NCBI GenBank assembly: GCA_021613535.1
Contig: CP075495.1
Location: 8,122,001 to 8,186,000, forward strand
Direction: 5' to 3'
Source of the DNA: Adineta vaga
Lineage: Eukaryota; Animalia; Rotifera
DNA length: 64,000 nucleotides
Positions 42,850-56,300 of the stretch are shown piece after piece. The number at the start of each line of letters is the position of its first letter. Position 1 is the first letter of the stretch. Made by a program: the position numbers and the translations under genes. The notes under the pieces are model-generated. The model saw only the letters and a program-made list of their open reading frames with translations, did no database searches and was not told the DNA's origin.

Positions 42850-42965
42850 TACATATATAATAGAAAACTATACAAAGACAAATATATTCAAGCTACTATA
42901 GGTAATATTTAATGGGTATGTAGCTTGAATGTATTTGTCTTGCATAGTTTTCTATTATGTATGTA
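42850..42965. repeat. Imperfect inverted repeat (~45-bp arms, 23-nt loop)
   Basis: Left arm acatatataatagaaaactatacaaagacaaatatattcaagctac (42851-42896) is the near reverse complement of gtagcttgaatgtatttgtcttgcatagttttctattatgtatgt (42920-42964). Confidence 0.9.
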
Positions 42966-43133
42966 TAAATGGCCTTATTAGATTACAATGAATGTGAAAT
43001 TATACATGAAACAAAAAAGTTACCGAATATTTATCTGATATTAAAAAGCAAAACAAAAATTTTTTATGTTATATTTCGGACTCAAATCAGATTTAATTTA
43101 GATTGTCATTCAGAGTTGATTTTTACTATAGAT

Positions 43134-43778
43134 TTATTTTGAGACATTTTTTGGTTTCTTTGGAATAGTATCATTGACATGCAAAGTCTTGGACAATAGT
43201 AGTCCATAATGCATTGTAAAGAAATTATTTTGTATCCAAAAAAATTTATTAACTGCACGTATACTCAGGCGTTTTTTATTCGTATCCATATTTTCTATAT
43301 TCCAAATTGTTTGAAGAATCAAATTTTCTAAATAACCAAGTAATGCATTGATATGAATATACTGAACATTAACTTCAGGTGGATTTTTATTATTTCCATG
43401 TAATTCTCCAACATGTGACAAATATTGTAAAAATGCATCATTCCATTCTGTTTGTATTAAAATACGTTTTAAATATATAGTTAACATATCTTTTCGAAAA
43501 TCGGTTTGTGCCGATATAACTGCATGATCAGCGTCGTTATTGATCGAAAAATTTTCGAAATTATCATTACGAAGAACAAAGTATTGTTTTGTTATGTCAA
43601 ATGAATATAATTTTTTATAAACTGTTTCAACAATAGATGGAATTTGTGGAAATAGAATTGGTGCTAATAAATTAAGTGCATTAATATCTTCTTTGGTGAA
43701 ATTAAGAAATTTGGCTATATAATCAAAATTATAACGAAGACTGTTCATAAGTCCAGTTCTATCAATATGTTCAGCCAT
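43134..43778 (-). CDS. Single-domain sensor globin, copy 5 (start at MAEHID)
   Basis: Same motifs; HVGELHG; basic tail PKKPKNVSK without Cys. Confidence 0.86.
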   Translation of the reverse strand: MAEHIDRTGLMNSLRYNFDYIAKFLNFTKEDINALNLLAPILFPQIPSIVETVYKKLYSFDITKQYFVLRNDNFENFSINNDADHAVISAQTDFRKDMLTIYLKRILIQTEWNDAFLQYLSHVGELHGNNKNPPEVNVQYIHINALLGYLENLILQTIWNIENMDTNKKRLSIRAVNKFFWIQNNFFTMHYGLLLSKTLHVNDTIPKKPKNVSK

Positions 43779-45566
43779 TGGAATATGCAAGAAATTTGTT
43801 TTCAGTCGTCAAATGTAATGCTGTTCTTTTTTTTTATGTTGAATGATTACTTTCTTTATTATATTTTGTCAAATAAATAGTTTCTATCAAGTACATCTTC
43901 AAATATTTTTTTTCTTTTCTGACATGAATGATATTCATTAGTGTAGTCATGCAAAAAAGCCATGCAAGTCATAATGTGTAAAATGAGTGTATTTTGTGTG
44001 AATGTGCTAGATTAAATTCGTCACCGTATCGATTGAGAGACTATAATGATATAGTGTGATATGCACTTCAATAAATAATAATATAGGAACAAACTATTTT
44101 AAAATTAGTAATAGGACACTTTTAGAAAGTCATTTAACAGATTGTTAATGTACTTTCCTTAAGAAATCAAGTCACAATTGAAAATTAAAGTATAAGAAGA
44201 GCTAACTAGCAACAATATAACGTCCGTCTGCTATTGTATCACATAAAATAGTATTTGGTATTTATTGTGTTATTGTTATCTTGTTATTGCATGTCTCTAT
44301 TTTGTGAATGAGAGTAGTGGAATTCTTGATGCATCTCTATAGTAATACGTACTATTTCACTGGAAAATACTATATTTTAAACAATCGTGACTAACATACG
44401 TACGGTTAACAAAATACAGAAACTCTACAAAACAAGAAGTGCGAGGAGAAGAGTGAAAGAAATATGTCATGCGCGCAAATATCTGTAAACTATCGGTTCG
44501 ATTAGACAATCAGTTATCACGATATAGCTGAATACAGAACATGTTACTATGCCATTGTTCTTCGTTTATTTTATTGAATGTTAGAGAGTAAAAGAAACGA
44601 AAAATCAATTTGATACACTAATGATGATCTTCATAACTTTGTTGTTTTTTGTCACAGTTTGCAAGTATTGAGCCAAATCGATACCGTTATATAGTTTGGT
44701 ATGTTTATAAATATGATCACATATACAGTTTGATAAAGATGAAGGAAAAGCACGAAATATGGGAATACCAATAAAGTCTGATGATAATGGAATCGATCGA
44801 ATAAAGTAAGTGACTATGTTTTAAGGATCTATGAGACTGTCGACAAAATAAAATTCCAATATCCTTACCTTTAAATCACATGCAAATGAAACGATAAAAT
44901 ATTTGTAGAAAAACTGAATAAAATAAAATATCTTGCATTTGTTATATCCCAGTAAAATATGGGGAATAGAACTAAATTTCAAGAAGAATATGTTGCAGTC
45001 ACTAAATTTATGATTATTTTTGTATGTATCTTTTCTTTGACTATCCAAAGTAACATCTACAAGAATCAGAAATAATAATCATTATTACTATTGGACGAAT
45101 TTTCATTGACAAAATCTATTAATTACGCAACAATCAATTGATTAATTAGTTTTATAAAATCGTCTTTGCTAATTCATATAAAAATAACAAGAGAAATATT
45201 TCAGTTTGCACAAAAAATGATAAAACACAATAATATTATGAATAGGAAAGTCATAATCTTCTTATACAAATGTTTTGTAAGTTAGAATAGCATTTTCTTG
45301 AATTGTTTTCCTCTTCTATAAAAAGAAGTACAAAGAATACATTTTCCAATGGATATTTAAAAAGTATAAATATTATCAGTTGAATTGTAGATTGACAGCT
45401 CAAGTAAAATAGTAATGCTCTTATAGTACAAAGAAATTCGTGAATCATTATACATCCTATTGCAATCATTCCTATTAATTGAAGATGCATTCTTTGTTCT
45501 TGATCAAATTCATTGAAGCATATAACAAATTAGTAATATACCGTATTTTAGGATTAGAACAAATAA

Positions 45567-47144
45567 ATGGACAATCAACATAATCCAATAAATACTACTA
45601 ACGTAGTTGAAGGTTTATATAGTTATGATTATTGGAATCCATTGAATTCTCACATTGCATCTTATATAAAATCTCCAATTCAATTGAATTTTATTAGTTC
45701 AAAAACATCAGTAATTGGTCGTTCATTACGTCATGCTATTGTTGATTTACTGGATCATATCTTGCGAGAACCCTATGAATATGTTGAGAATGAGACTACT
45801 GTTATGGGTACTGAACATCGTTTATATCATTCCCGTCGTTATATTTTCAAATCAAATGCAAATGAACTTCAATGTTCTGAGGTGATGAGTGATAGTCATA
45901 TTGAATTTGACATAAGTTCTTTAGCTCCAACTGTTTTCTATCAAATACGTGAAGATATTGGTATTTCGAATAAAAGTTTTCGTCAATCATTTTCTCAACA
46001 GCATTTAAAAGATTTTACTAATCCAGGTAAAAGTGGTTCATTAATGTATAAAACATTCGATGAATTATTTATTTTAAAAACATTACGTGAATATGAAGCA
46101 CGTTTATTACTACAAATTCTATCTGGTTATCATTTACAATTATCTCAACGTGCAACCATATTAAATCGTTATGTTGGCTTATATTCCATACGTTCTCCAA
46201 CATGGTTATCTTCTACCGAAGTTTATATCGTAGTTATGGCTAATGTATTTACACCATCATTACAAATTAATGAAATATTTGATTTAAAAGGTTCAACAAT
46301 GAAACGAAAACTAGTTGGCCATTTATCAGTAGATAAATTACATAAATTAAAAGATGTTGATTTTACAGATTTATATCCCAATGGAATACTTATTCCATCA
46401 AATATCTATCATCGATTACATTTAGTAATATCAAATGATATTAAAGTTTTAAGAAAGCTACAAATTACTGATTTCTCCTTGATACTTGGTATTAAACATT
46501 TGGATGTGACAAATGATGATCTTATACAAAAACGACCATCAGCAGGTTTAGCAGCACTTTTTCATCTTAGTCAGAAACTTGCGTTAATGCCAATAAATAA
46601 ACTTCGTCTTCATGATACATCATTAAGTGCTTCAGTAGATTTAACATCTCTACCAACTTCATATTTGAAACCATTAAAAATGCTTGGTGAAAAGACTGAT
46701 GAAAATCTATATTATGATAAAAATGAAATTGCGTGTAGAACTCTACCAATACCTGGCATTATAAATCGAAGTAATCAACGTGTTTATCTGTATTTCGCTA
46801 TCATCGATATACTTCAAACCTATGATTGTATGAAATCTATGGAACATTTGATTAAAAAAATAACTGATCCTAATCGACGTCTACAATATTCTGTTATAGA
46901 TTCACATGAATATGAGAAACGAATTATGAAGTTTTTATTTGAATCAGTCTTTATCAATGCTGGTGATAGTTTTCCATGGTATAGCATTCGGACCAGCACA
47001 TCTGTTGCAAATAATGATAATAATAGTATCAAAGTCGAAGAAAAAAACATAACTATTCAGAAACAAAATACTAACTGTACTGATGAACAATCAATTGAAT
47101 GCGTCAACTTGTCTACAAACAACACTGTTGAACTTCGTTTGTAA
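45567..47144 (+). CDS. Phosphatidylinositol-phosphate kinase (type I PIP5K-like), divergent and intronless
   Basis: APTVFYQIREDIGI, FTNPGKSGSLMYKTFDELFILKT, FDLKGST, KLKDVDF, ITDFSLILGI, FAIIDILQTY and YEKRIMKF motifs. Confidence 0.88.
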   Translation: MDNQHNPINTTNVVEGLYSYDYWNPLNSHIASYIKSPIQLNFISSKTSVIGRSLRHAIVDLLDHILREPYEYVENETTVMGTEHRLYHSRRYIFKSNANELQCSEVMSDSHIEFDISSLAPTVFYQIREDIGISNKSFRQSFSQQHLKDFTNPGKSGSLMYKTFDELFILKTLREYEARLLLQILSGYHLQLSQRATILNRYVGLYSIRSPTWLSSTEVYIVVMANVFTPSLQINEIFDLKGSTMKRKLVGHLSVDKLHKLKDVDFTDLYPNGILIPSNIYHRLHLVISNDIKVLRKLQITDFSLILGIKHLDVTNDDLIQKRPSAGLAALFHLSQKLALMPINKLRLHDTSLSASVDLTSLPTSYLKPLKMLGEKTDENLYYDKNEIACRTLPIPGIINRSNQRVYLYFAIIDILQTYDCMKSMEHLIKKITDPNRRLQYSVIDSHEYEKRIMKFLFESVFINAGDSFPWYSIRTSTSVANNDNNSIKVEEKNITIQKQNTNCTDEQSIECVNLSTNNTVELRL

Positions 47145-47246
47145 ACATTTATTGTATATTTGTATATTTACAAAAAAAGATAATATATATATATAAGAAA
47201 GTATATATATAATCATTTTTTCTATAGCTTTCTGATTTATTTTTAC

Positions 47247-47684
47247 TTAAAAATTTGCTGGCTTGTATCCTTGTCTAAGACAATGAATAAAAACTATACT
47301 AGCTAAGATGCCAAATATTCGTAAGACGAGTTCAGTCGTTCGTATGAGAATACATTCTGTACGTGATGAATATCGTCCCATGCTTATAATTTCTATAATA
47401 CTTTTTGCCAATGCTAATGTCAGAATACAAATTAATATTAGTACAGATATAATAGACATTTTCGTACGACAATACCATAGAGCTAATGTAGCATAGACAA
47501 CATATAGAATCATAAATATACCAAGAATAATGAGAAGAATTGAATCATATGTTGGACGAAAATGTGATAGTAAACCAGATATACCTTGAATAATATATTC
47601 ATAGATACCAGTTGAAATAACTTGACCATAGAATAAGGTGAGAATGATTTGAAGCCATCGTACTGAACGACTATTTTCAGCCAT
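47247..47684 (-). CDS. Small four-transmembrane protein of unknown family
   Basis: ~145-aa ORF from MAENSRS with four hydrophobic segments and a C-terminal GYKPANF. Confidence 0.7.
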   Translation of the reverse strand: MAENSRSVRWLQIILTLFYGQVISTGIYEYIIQGISGLLSHFRPTYDSILLIILGIFMILYVVYATLALWYCRTKMSIISVLILICILTLALAKSIIEIISMGRYSSRTECILIRTTELVLRIFGILASIVFIHCLRQGYKPANF

Positions 47685-49463
47685 TGTATGACTGTCAAAG
47701 AGAAAGACCAACTAAAAAGAATATTAATATAATATTGTCTTGCTTTTCACTTGCAAAAAATCTGTTACCATATATTTGTATGGGGGTGGATTATAAATTA
47801 TGTATAAAGTTATGTACATATCTTCCACTATATTATCCAAGATATAAAACACCTGACTTTCACTGCTATAATCAGATTAACTATCATTGATCGTCGATAA
47901 TTTGTTCGGGAATCTTTAGATCTTTAACTTGTTTTTGACATAATTTAATAAAGAATTATTCATTGATGATCAATTTTTCGTCACCGAACGTTAGTTTAGA
48001 TAACAAATTAAAAAAAATTAAACTTCTCATTCTCTATCATTGTATAAATGTATTTGAATTAAAAATCATTTCAGTATTGTTAACGAAAAATAGCAATGAG
48101 AAAAAGGAGATAAAACATTTTATATTTTTGTACAAAAATAGACGGAACTAGAAATATCATTTGATAAAAAAATAATGCTGGTTTATATCCATTATTGAAT
48201 CATTGTCAATCCATGCTGTGTAAACGAAGGAAATTCTACCAAAAGAATAATATATTTATACACATTTTAGAATTGATTGTTCATGAATAAAGATCAATAT
48301 CGAAAGACCATAACTAAACAGACGAACTTTAATTATTCATATTGATTCGTCATATATATTCGCGTTGTTACTGAAGACTAAAAAGAAAATCAATTTAATA
48401 AATTATTCATCAAATCGTGATTTTTCTGTAACATCAATTCTAATTTACTTCACCAGCCTCCATTGTACAAACTACTTGATTAGAATATTCGGTCATCAAT
48501 AAATAAATGTCTGTTTGTATAGATTTTCCAACATATATCAAATCAAAGCAATGCTCAATGGTTAGAAGATTTAACCAAATAGCATTTTCATATTTCTACA
48601 AAAGTTCAGTAGTATACTTATTGAATCTAAACCAAATAAAAATAGAAGAAAATGACATATAAATGATAAATCAAATTCACAAGATTAATCTATATATTTG
48701 CCCTTCAACTAGAAACGAGGGTTCGCTAACATATAATAAATTCATAACGAAAATAAATGTTCTTTGAATTTTATTCTAAGGACAACAATTTTGCGAGTCC
48801 TCAATGAATAATTAACATTGCAAAATATGCGCAGGAATAGTTGACCTAGGAATATATTTTCTGAGTACATTAGCATCTGTTTCGGGTCAAGATAAGTTCT
48901 CGGGTCAAAAAAATGTAAAACATCGAACGTATTCAGTATCTCATAATTCATCCTATATTAGTACTGTTCTTACCTACGAAACATTTCATTCTTGAGAACC
49001 GATCTGTAACTATCCACTCGACTGAACCCATGTTTTCTTTTTGTTTCAAATTTCTCAAACTGATCATATTCATTTATTTTTCTATAATAAACTGAAAATG
49101 ACAAGTGAAATAATGATAATAATACCGAACCTGTTCTCTCTTCATTCATTGTTCTACATAACATGTTTGAGAATAATTTCTTTTTAATCAAGAATTTATT
49201 ATATAACATGAATAATAAACAAAACAAATGTAAACCATCATACGCTGTAAGATTTTTGTGTTGTTATAGCGATGATGATGTAAAGATAATATTTCGTGAC
49301 ATGTTGATAAATAAAAAAAGAGAAAGAGAAGAAACAGAGAGACAAGCATCTATCATTGTAGATATGCGCACACATGAACAATAAGATATTAGTATACAAA
49401 GACGACAATAATTGATTTGTTTTTTTTTTCTGCATAATGTCATTATTGTTATTAATTAATTAA

Positions 49464-50668
49464 TTAAACTGCATTCATGTCAACTGAATCGGTATCAAGT
49501 TTGGTTTGGGCCATATATTTTTCTAGATCATTATCAAGAGTTTCTTTTGAAACATTTCTGTTATTATTAGAATTATTATTTCGATTGTTAAATCGACCAT
49601 TACCACGACCGCGTGAAAATCCTCTATTACCACGACCACGATCACCGCCTCCACGACCACCACCACCACCACCACGGCCTCGGTTTGGTCTAATGAAATT
49701 AAAAACGAATTCTTTTGATTTCTAATCATTGAAAATCTATTACCTATTGCCAAAACGTCGACCTTGATTATTATAATTATTATTATTTCCACGTCTTTGA
49801 AATCCACCAAATCGGCCACCAGTATTATTGTTTATAAAACCACGTTTTCGTGAATGAAATATTCGTGCTAATAAAATAATAATGCATTTATAGACATCCA
49901 TAGATATTGTTCAACATACTTCCAACTCGACCTTGGACGCCAAGTCGTACACCCATTCCACTTTGTCCACCGAATAGATAAGAATTAGCACCACCGCCAC
50001 CGCCGCGTCTACGATTACCAAAACTAAGTCGTTGAAAAACACGTGGTGTTCGAGGAGCTGTAAATGGACGATTTCCAATAGCATTATTGTCCATACCACG
50101 TCGATAATTGATACTTCTCTAAAGCATATTGTTAAATATAAAATAAAAATCCGAAGAGCATCTCATGAGAAATTTTCTGACTAATGACTATTATTGTAAC
50201 TTTGAAAAACGATTGAATCTTGATAAAGATAAAATTGAATCATAATGACATTGAGAGATGATGCTGACGAAATGATTGTTAAATAGAATATATTTTTAAT
50301 CGATGCTATACGATTCTTTCATTTTCATGATTAGGAACAGTCGGAGAAAAAGTCCTTTATTTATATACCCTTGATGACATTCAGCAATGAGTTTTTGTAA
50401 AGAATAAATGTATACCTTTTTAAGACGATTAGCAATGTTTAATGTTGCCGATCGTTTATTTGCAAATAAATCTTGACGAGTTTGTGGAATAATAACATTC
50501 GTTTGTTGCTGAATACGAGGTGTTGGAGGTACATGTTTAGCAATTTCGCCAAATCTATGTTATAAATATTGAATGATATCAATCTGTTTTGAAATAATAT
50601 TTCTCTACATACCTTTGATCAAGTGATAATTTAGTTGCTGATTTTAAAATAATTTTACCCGTAATCAT
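49464..50668 (-). CDS. CHTOP: Chromatin target of PRMT1 (FOP) homolog, RG/RGG-rich, multi-exon
   Basis: N-terminal MITGKIILKSATKLSLDQ|RF, a central RG/RGG-rich region, and C-terminal VSKETLDNDLEKYMAQ (FoP/UAP56-binding motif). Confidence 0.85.
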
Positions 50669-52070
50669 TGTCTTTCTCGGTATATGAAAGAAGAGTTTCA
50701 ATGAAAAAAGAATGAAATGAATGTCAAACACAGCAGATATCTTCCTTGTGATACGTCAATAGACTGGAACATAAATAACAATAAACAACTTATTGATTGG
50801 TTCATATTGTTAATATGACATAGAATTTAAATTGATCTTTAAAAAGTTATTTTTCAATAAAATTATTTGTTTGAAAATATTTTCGATGATGAAAAATTTT
50901 CTAATGTAATTTTGATGAAGAGTCTGCAGAAGAGTTTTTGATTGGTGCAATCTATTAGCCAATAGGAATGAGACTTTGTTAGTTACCATTACAATTACAA
51001 ATACAAATGATGAAGATTTAGTTTTTGACTTAATATTAAAACCAATATTGACGATACAATCAATAAATGTGAATAACATTATCAATCAGCTCGAGGAATA
51101 AAACCTGTTATTTTATGAACGAAAGTCTCGAAAGAATTCATGATAAGAAACTTTATTCATCTTCGTACAATGATGAAACATATGAATTTCTTACTAAAAA
51201 GAAACTAGTTTAACAGAATTTTGAGACAAAACTATTATTTGTTGATATTTATCGATACATAATAATAACTTATGTAACGAGAGAAAATATTATGTTTGAA
51301 AAGAACGTCAACAATTATGGATATTTTTGTTTATGAATAGACTTTTTGCTATACTAGTAGATGAAGTTAAGTACATTTGATTACATCATAATATCAAAAT
51401 CCTCTTTCTGCAAAAGAAAAGAACCATCGTATCTTAATAATAGATTAAATTTGATCGTTACGATTAATAAAAGAATGTTAAATTATATGGCATCGAATGT
51501 TTCTTTGTTTGAACGTTCTCATATCAATCGAAATAGTGATGTATGTCAATAAATCTTCAATACAATGAAGACATTCTCTATCGATGAAATGTCTCTCAAC
51601 AAAGGGAGGATTTTCGATTTAGTAGATTTAATTAGAAGTTCAGAAGCTGAAAATTGAATATTAATCGTTTCTTTTGATGATGAATCAAGAGTAGTTAAGT
51701 AGAAGCTGCATTGTTCAGTTTTATAAAATAGTTTTTATATGTTTTTCTTTTTCAGGCGTGTGGATGTAATACATCTGTTTTTGCTTGCACAGTTATAGAG
51801 AACTGATGCATTATACGATAAAATTTCAACATATTCAAATAGAATAACAAAAATACGGTTTGTTTGATTTTAGTTCAACTAGTTTATATTCTTCCTTTCA
51901 TTCTTGAATAAACAGTTTATTTGTCGGGATTCTTTCAAATATAAATCAAAAAAATATTCATTTGCATGAATACACACTATCTCAACTATTTAATTCACAT
52001 ATATAATTATAAAAAAGATCGATTCTATCATTACTATATCACTTAATACGTATGAAAATATAACTAAATC

Positions 52071-52092
52071 ATATATATATATATATATATAT
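52071..52092. repeat. (AT)n microsatellite
   Basis: atatatatatatatatatatat. Confidence 0.85.
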
Positions 52093-53378
52093 GTACACAT
52101 TTCCTCAAGCTAATATACATATACGTCTGTAAATTATGTTCATGTAAATGTTTCTTTTCTTATTCAATCAACATATGCAGCTCGTCATTCTGACTCGATC
52201 TCTCTTCTCTTTCGTTATATTGTTTTATATGTGTGATGCTTTTTGCTCAATTTGGATGTATTCAACAGCTCATTTTCTTTTCTCTTATGCATACATCACG
52301 TAATAGTAATTTTACGTTTAGTCAAGTAATAGTTGTTGGACATTTTACACCCTTTAACACTCAAGGCAAAATGAGCATGTCCTACTTAGCTGAACGAATA
52401 ATATAAGCATAGTAATACGAGTCACCATAGTCATTTTCATTATCGATCATATTCGTTGACTAATTGAAGATTCGTTCGTATAGTCTATAGACATTAGGTG
52501 AGCATATCCGATATTTATTCTGGTGATCAAATATTGATCGCAAGTCTTGATATACATCCAAGATAATGATAGACAAAAAAGAAAGAAAGAAAGAAGGAAA
52601 GAAATGAATACAAAAGACTATTCTTTCTTCCATACTGCGCATGCATGCTCACACTTAATTCTCTGTTCTCTTTCTTTTCTTTTTACTCTTAGTTTCTTTG
52701 CCGAGACAAAATACGAGAAATTTGTCAGCTGCATAAGAGAAACATTGCTTCTAAACCAGCATTGAAATTGACTGTTTTCCTTTGGAAAAAAATGAATGAG
52801 TAGGCGATAAGAGTGTAGCAAAAAGAAAAAGAGAGAGAGAGGAGGTCGGAATCATATAGAGGGAAAAAAGCAGAATGAAAGGGAGTCATTAATCGTCTTT
52901 GCTGTGGTCGATGTCGATGAAAATGAGACGAGGAAAAAAGAATGAGACTGATTCGTTTGTGAGTAGAGTATTGAGAATGACGATCAACTGAATAAAAAGA
53001 GAAAAAAAAATTAAAATGTTTATTTTTTGATTAAACTCAACTGCTGCTTTTCATCAGTGTTTTCAATCATTTTCTTTTTGTAAAAAAAAATACGTCAACA
53101 TATTCCTATTGTTATGCTCATTTGAAAAATATATATATATATAAATATACATGCATAGTCAGTTAACGACTTTTTCTTTCTTCTCTCGTCTTTTTTCTTT
53201 ACTAATCGGTTTTTTCTCTCTTCATTTTGTTCGGTACATATTACCAATCTTACTCTCATACTTTAGATGTGGCAAATTGATGTGCTATTCAATTGTGAAA
53301 TCTAGTCGGTGATTATTCTATAGTTATGATATCAACAATGATGATGTGATTGAAAACAACAATAACAATTAATTAACA

Positions 53379-56300
53379 ATGATGGCATGTATCGAACGAC
53401 ATGGATGGTGTTCGTCCTTGATGTCGTCCATACGGTGTCCCTCAAATCTCGACAAATCAACAAAACCTTGTCCTATTCTCTCATCGTCGCGTGCTTCAAC
53501 ATCAATGAACTCAAACAGTGATAGTATTTCTCTTACTAGTAGTTCCATATCACCGTCATCACTATCATGCGGTAAAGGAAAAAAGGCATCTATATCTCTT
53601 CAACATTCATCATTCGATCGAACCAACGACTATTATACAAGTAAACGTATTGAAGAATTACATGAACGTATGGATGATATTCAAATAACAAATTTTTTAA
53701 AATTTATCAATCATCATTTATCATTACGAAAAGATCATAATAAACTAAATATTAATGATTTAGCTAAAGATCTATCAAATGGACATGTTTTAATCGATTT
53801 AATTGAAATTTTATCATCAACAAAATTAAAACGTGAACGTGGTCATACACGTTTTCATTCATTAACTAATGTTCAAATTGTTTTGGATTATTTAAGAGCA
53901 CGTATGCCACATATGAATATCTTAGCACACGAAATTGTTTCAGGCAATCGTAAACAAATACTTGCTCTATTATGGATTATCATGAAAATATTCGATTTTC
54001 CAGGATTTCGTCTTACAAATAAGAATTGTTTTGTTGAAAATACACTCTTAGGTTTCGGTCAAGATCGTAGTATAATCATCAAATGGTTAAATAACATTCT
54101 AAATCATAGTTTAAATACAATTCAAATTTATATTCATGATTTTTATCTTCAAACATGGATTAATGGTTACTATTTATCAATAATTATAAAATATTTAATA
54201 CCATTAAGTTTAAAATATTTAACTATGGAATGTTTTGATTATTTAAAAGAATTAGAAAATATACATTCACAAGATAAACAACGTTTTCATTTATGTTTAA
54301 CACTTTCAAACTATTGTTTTGATACAATTACACTTATTGATGAGAACGATAGAAGTGAACGATGTTTATTTAGATATTTTACTGAATTACAACATAATAT
54401 TATCAATATACTTAAAACAAATCATATTAATAAATTAATACAAAATAATCCTTATACTAAACAAATACTTGATACAGTTACTCAAACAACAATCTCATCA
54501 ACAGGTAAATGTCAATGAAAAATCTTTTTTCATCATGATGATGATGATGTAATAGATTAAATCAATATGTGTCTTGTTTATAGAACAATCGTCACATATA
54601 ATTAATAGTAATGAAGAATATTTGATTTGTGTTGAAGATGATAATCATTATCAACACATTCCAGTAGTCGAACAAAAAGAATTTTCGATGAATTCTCGAG
54701 GTCAATCAACGGGTGGTCTTCATCAATCAACAAATTTACGAACAGTAGAAAAATCTCGATCATTTAATAATCAACAACTTAATAATCAATTGCAAAGAAA
54801 AAATCGTTGGGAAAAAACGGAAATTTTACAAAGGTATTGAAACAAACGATAGATTGTAATTAGTGAATAGAGTAATAGCCTTGACCTATTGCATAACGAA
54901 TGTTAAAATTTCAATTAAAACAATGAAATTTAATCAAAAGATAACGACATTCTAACGATAATGACTCTATTGTTGATGCAGAAGAAAAATTCTCTAAGGT
55001 TTCCTTCGGTAATCCAATCTTTTTATTGTTTAAGTAAGAGAGACGCTTATAAGTCATGTTTAAGGATGAATGTTAATGGTTAGAAATGTTATATAAGTTC
55101 ACAATTGACTTAATAGATTTTCTTTTCTTATAGTGATTTGCCTATTGTGAATGGCCAGAATGATACATTAAAAGCAGAACAAGTTAAAAGAGTAACTAAA
55201 AAACAACATTCAGTTAATAGTACTCCAGGGAAATCAGAACAATCGGTATCAATAACAGTTACAAATGAACAAGAAAAAGAAGTCAATCAATTCAACGTTG
55301 CATGTCAAGATTTCGAACAAATCATATTGAAAGTTGAAGAAACTATAGTTACAGATGAAAAGGATAGACAACGAAAAGTTGAAATAGATCAACCTATTCT
55401 CGTGAATAAAGAAAATCTATATGATGATAGTGAAAAATTTGAAGAAATTAATGATCCGATTGAAAACGAAATATCAAACCAATCTGCTGCTACATTGGAA
55501 GAACCACTAAAACTTGACACGTCTGGTGAAGAGAACAAACAATATGTCAATGAATTCGAACAGTCAACAAACGCAATAAAAGAACAAAATGAATCAATAG
55601 TTTCAAATGAAAATGTTCCAGAATCTGATGTTCAAATCATTGAATTAGAAAACATCCCAGCAGCAACAGCGCCAGAGCAATTCTCGACAAATACTACAAT
55701 TGAATTTGAAGAAGTACAGCAACCTGTTACAACAACAACAACAACAAACGAAGAGAAACTGTTATCTTCAATTGACCATGAAAGTTGCGAACAATCTGTT
55801 GAAAATAAATTATGTGATTATACAAATGTCACAACACGCCAAGTAACACATGAAGAATTATTATTAAATGCAATGCCTGAACTAGATATGATGATGACAC
55901 CTGCTACATCAGATGAGAAATCAAAACCAGCTACAATTGAAGAATCATTACCAGTTCCATTAGTTACCGAAGGAAATATATCAAAACTTAATGAAAATAG
56001 CACATCTGTTCCAGTGACTACGAATAAAAAGTCATCAACATCGGCAACAGCAAGTAAAAAAACGAAAAAACGTGTAAATAATAGTGTCAATCACGAAACA
56101 TTACAGACACATAATGAACAATCACAACAATCAACAATTAAACTTGAACAAATGGAAGAGAAAAACACCATGGAAACTATACAAACTATCGACAATAAAC
56201 CTGTGCCAATGCCATCAATCAATGAACAAGCAAGTCAGCCAGAAACAAATTTCAATGGTACCGATGAAAAAGCAGAACAACTGATTACTGAGACATCATC

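Noticed and set aside
33263-43790. Bacterial contamination or a prokaryotic operon as the source of the globin array
   Set aside because: Base composition matches the flanks, spacers are 1-3 kb of non-coding DNA, and the array is contiguous with intron-containing animal genes.
49477-49725. Pro/Arg-rich + strand ORF
   Set aside because: Antisense of the RG-rich last exon of CHTOP.
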